This document shows, piece by piece, positions 62,228 to 64,000 of a DNA stretch of 64,000 bases. Below the pieces are notes generated by a model. The model was given only the letters and a program-made list of their open reading frames with translations. It had not been told where the DNA came from and ran no database searches. The position numbers and the translations under genes were made by a program. Numbering within the stretch: position 1 is the first letter of the stretch; the number at the start of each line of letters is the position of its first letter. This stretch comes from Tubiluchus corallicola (Eukaryota; Animalia; Priapulida), in NCBI GenBank assembly GCA_030141605.1, contig JAQGDQ010000039.1, forward strand, positions 808,441 through 872,440, given 5' to 3'.

Positions 62228-62775
62228 TTTCGTTTTTCTTTTCTTTTCTTTTCTTTTCTTTTGTTTTTTCTTTTCTTTTCTTTTCTTTTCCTTTCCTTTC
62301 CTTTCCTTTCCTTTCCTTTCCTTTCCTTTCCTTTCCTTTCCTTTCCTCCTCTCCTCTCCTCTCCTCTCCTCTCCTCTCCTCTCCTCTCCTCTCCTCTCCT
62401 CTCCTCTCCTCTCCTCTCCTCTCCTCTCCCCTCTCCTCTCCTCTCCTCTCCTCTTCTCTTCTCTTCTCTTCTCTTCTCTTCTCTTCTCTCCTCCTCTTTT
62501 CTCTTCTCTTCGCTGCTCTTCACTTCTCTTTTTTCTTTCCTTTCCTTTTCCTTGCCTCTCCTTTTCCTTGCCTCTCATTTGTTTTCTTTCCCTTTTCTTC
62601 TTCTTTCTTCTTTTTTCCTTTCATTTTCTTTTCCTTTCCTTTCCTTTCCCTATTTTAGCTTTCCTTTCTTTCCCTTTTTTCTTTCGTCTTTTTTCCTTTC
62701 ATTTTCTTTTCTTTTCCTTTCCTTTCCTTTCCTTTCCTTTCCCTATTTTAACTTTCTTTTCTTTTCCTTTTTTTT
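62228..62775. repeat. Polypyrimidine pentamer array (TTTTC, TTTCC, TCTCC, TCTTC)
   Basis: Directly visible. Confidence 0.97.
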
Positions 62776-64000
62776 CCACTCCATTTCGTGGACAGAGGTC
62801 GTTACATGAACTGGCACGCAAGCGCCTCTAAATGGCGAAAAGTCAGAAATTAGTTGTTAACAATTAATTGCTTCACCGTGCAACAAGTTAATAATACACT
62901 TTATCTGCTAAACTCTGCATAATCCAAATTACCTTTGGGGCTATAATTACTACTACACTTGGCCTACCCAGCAGCCTAAAATACGCCTTCATCTCTGATG
63001 TAATTATTATTAAGGAGTGCTGGTCTCGAGATATTCATTCTTAAAGCATCCGTAAAGCAAACGTAGTCGAAAATAATCACAGCATGAACAGATATTTCCA
63101 TATTTATTCGTCATAGCAAAAATATAATCTTACGTATTGCAATGCTATGAATTTTCCCCTCATATTATGTATATATTAATATAAATATTGGACATATTAT
63201 TATTATTATTATTATTATTTTTTTTTTTTTTTTTTTATATCGTTTATTTAGAGTAACTATTTAATTATTAAAATGTCGGTAGTGGTTATCATTCTGGGCA
63301 ATTACATGTGCCTATCTAAATTTATGTTGCAAAGTATTCATTATGTTTTTGAAATATTTAAAGAAAACCATATTTTGGAAAAGTATAGCTGTGCAGTTAC
63401 AAGCATTTCTCTTGAGTTAAGTTTTAGTTCACCTATCAATCATTCACAGATGGACGTGCTCCTAATTAATAGACATTAAGTCATATTTTCTTGAATTCTT
63501 ATACGATTTGGCACACTGGAAGCTGAACTGGCACTTCGCGCGGAACTATTTTATGTACATGTATATGTTTGTGACGGGACTGATTATAGGCTTGTTATCT
63601 AGGATAAATGAAACACATAGTTGACAAAGATATTTTACACACGTTCTGATTTAATTTAGTGATACAATTCACGCTTACTCATGTTCTGGCATCTAATTTT
63701 TTGAAATTTCACATTTGCGTGCAATGTGTATACTTATTCGTGTTCGAAAAAAGATACCGCTGAAACAAGTAACAAACAAATAAATAACCCTGCAATTACT
63801 TATTTATTTATTTATTCATTCATTCATTTATAAGGCGTATAAGGTGTATAATATAAGGTTTTCTGATTTGAAGGACTTAAGCGAAAAAAACGAGTTTTAA
63901 TGAATTTCTCTCAACAAAAACCGAGTGTTTTCAAGCAAAGCTGCTCAGTAAACATTTCGGTTTTTTTAAACCAATGATACGTAACAGCGGTAAAACTTTC

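Noticed and set aside
63945-63990. Penelope-type hammerhead on the minus strand (GGTTT...AACCGAAA)
   Set aside because: The CTGANGA core is absent and the window ends here.

Overview
AT-rich, intron-rich animal (invertebrate-type) genomic DNA; nothing prokaryotic and no CRISPR. Four host genes can be built from GT-AG exons: the 3' part of NAA35/MAK10 (11 exons, +, 1278-9673), a CLK/Doa LAMMER kinase whose whole CDS lies in one exon (-, 15063-16517), SURF4 (5 coding exons, +, 30954-37959) and a small secreted Spaetzle/NGF-like cystine-knot protein (3 coding exons, +, 58500-61340). The rest is mostly mobile DNA: a near full-length decayed CR1/L2-group LINE with a PHD finger ahead of the endonuclease, several LINE fragments, a non-autonomous Helitron, Tc1/pogo-, hAT- and Harbinger-type MITEs, tRNA-derived SINEs and long microsatellites. 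The most unusual items are a ~1 kb foldback element with a tRNA-Thr(TGT)-like cloverleaf in its spacer, a possible two-ATG/two-acceptor switch in the cystine-knot gene, and the intronless CLK. Family assignments come from remembered motifs, not searches. I cannot demonstrate a new biological system from the sequence alone.
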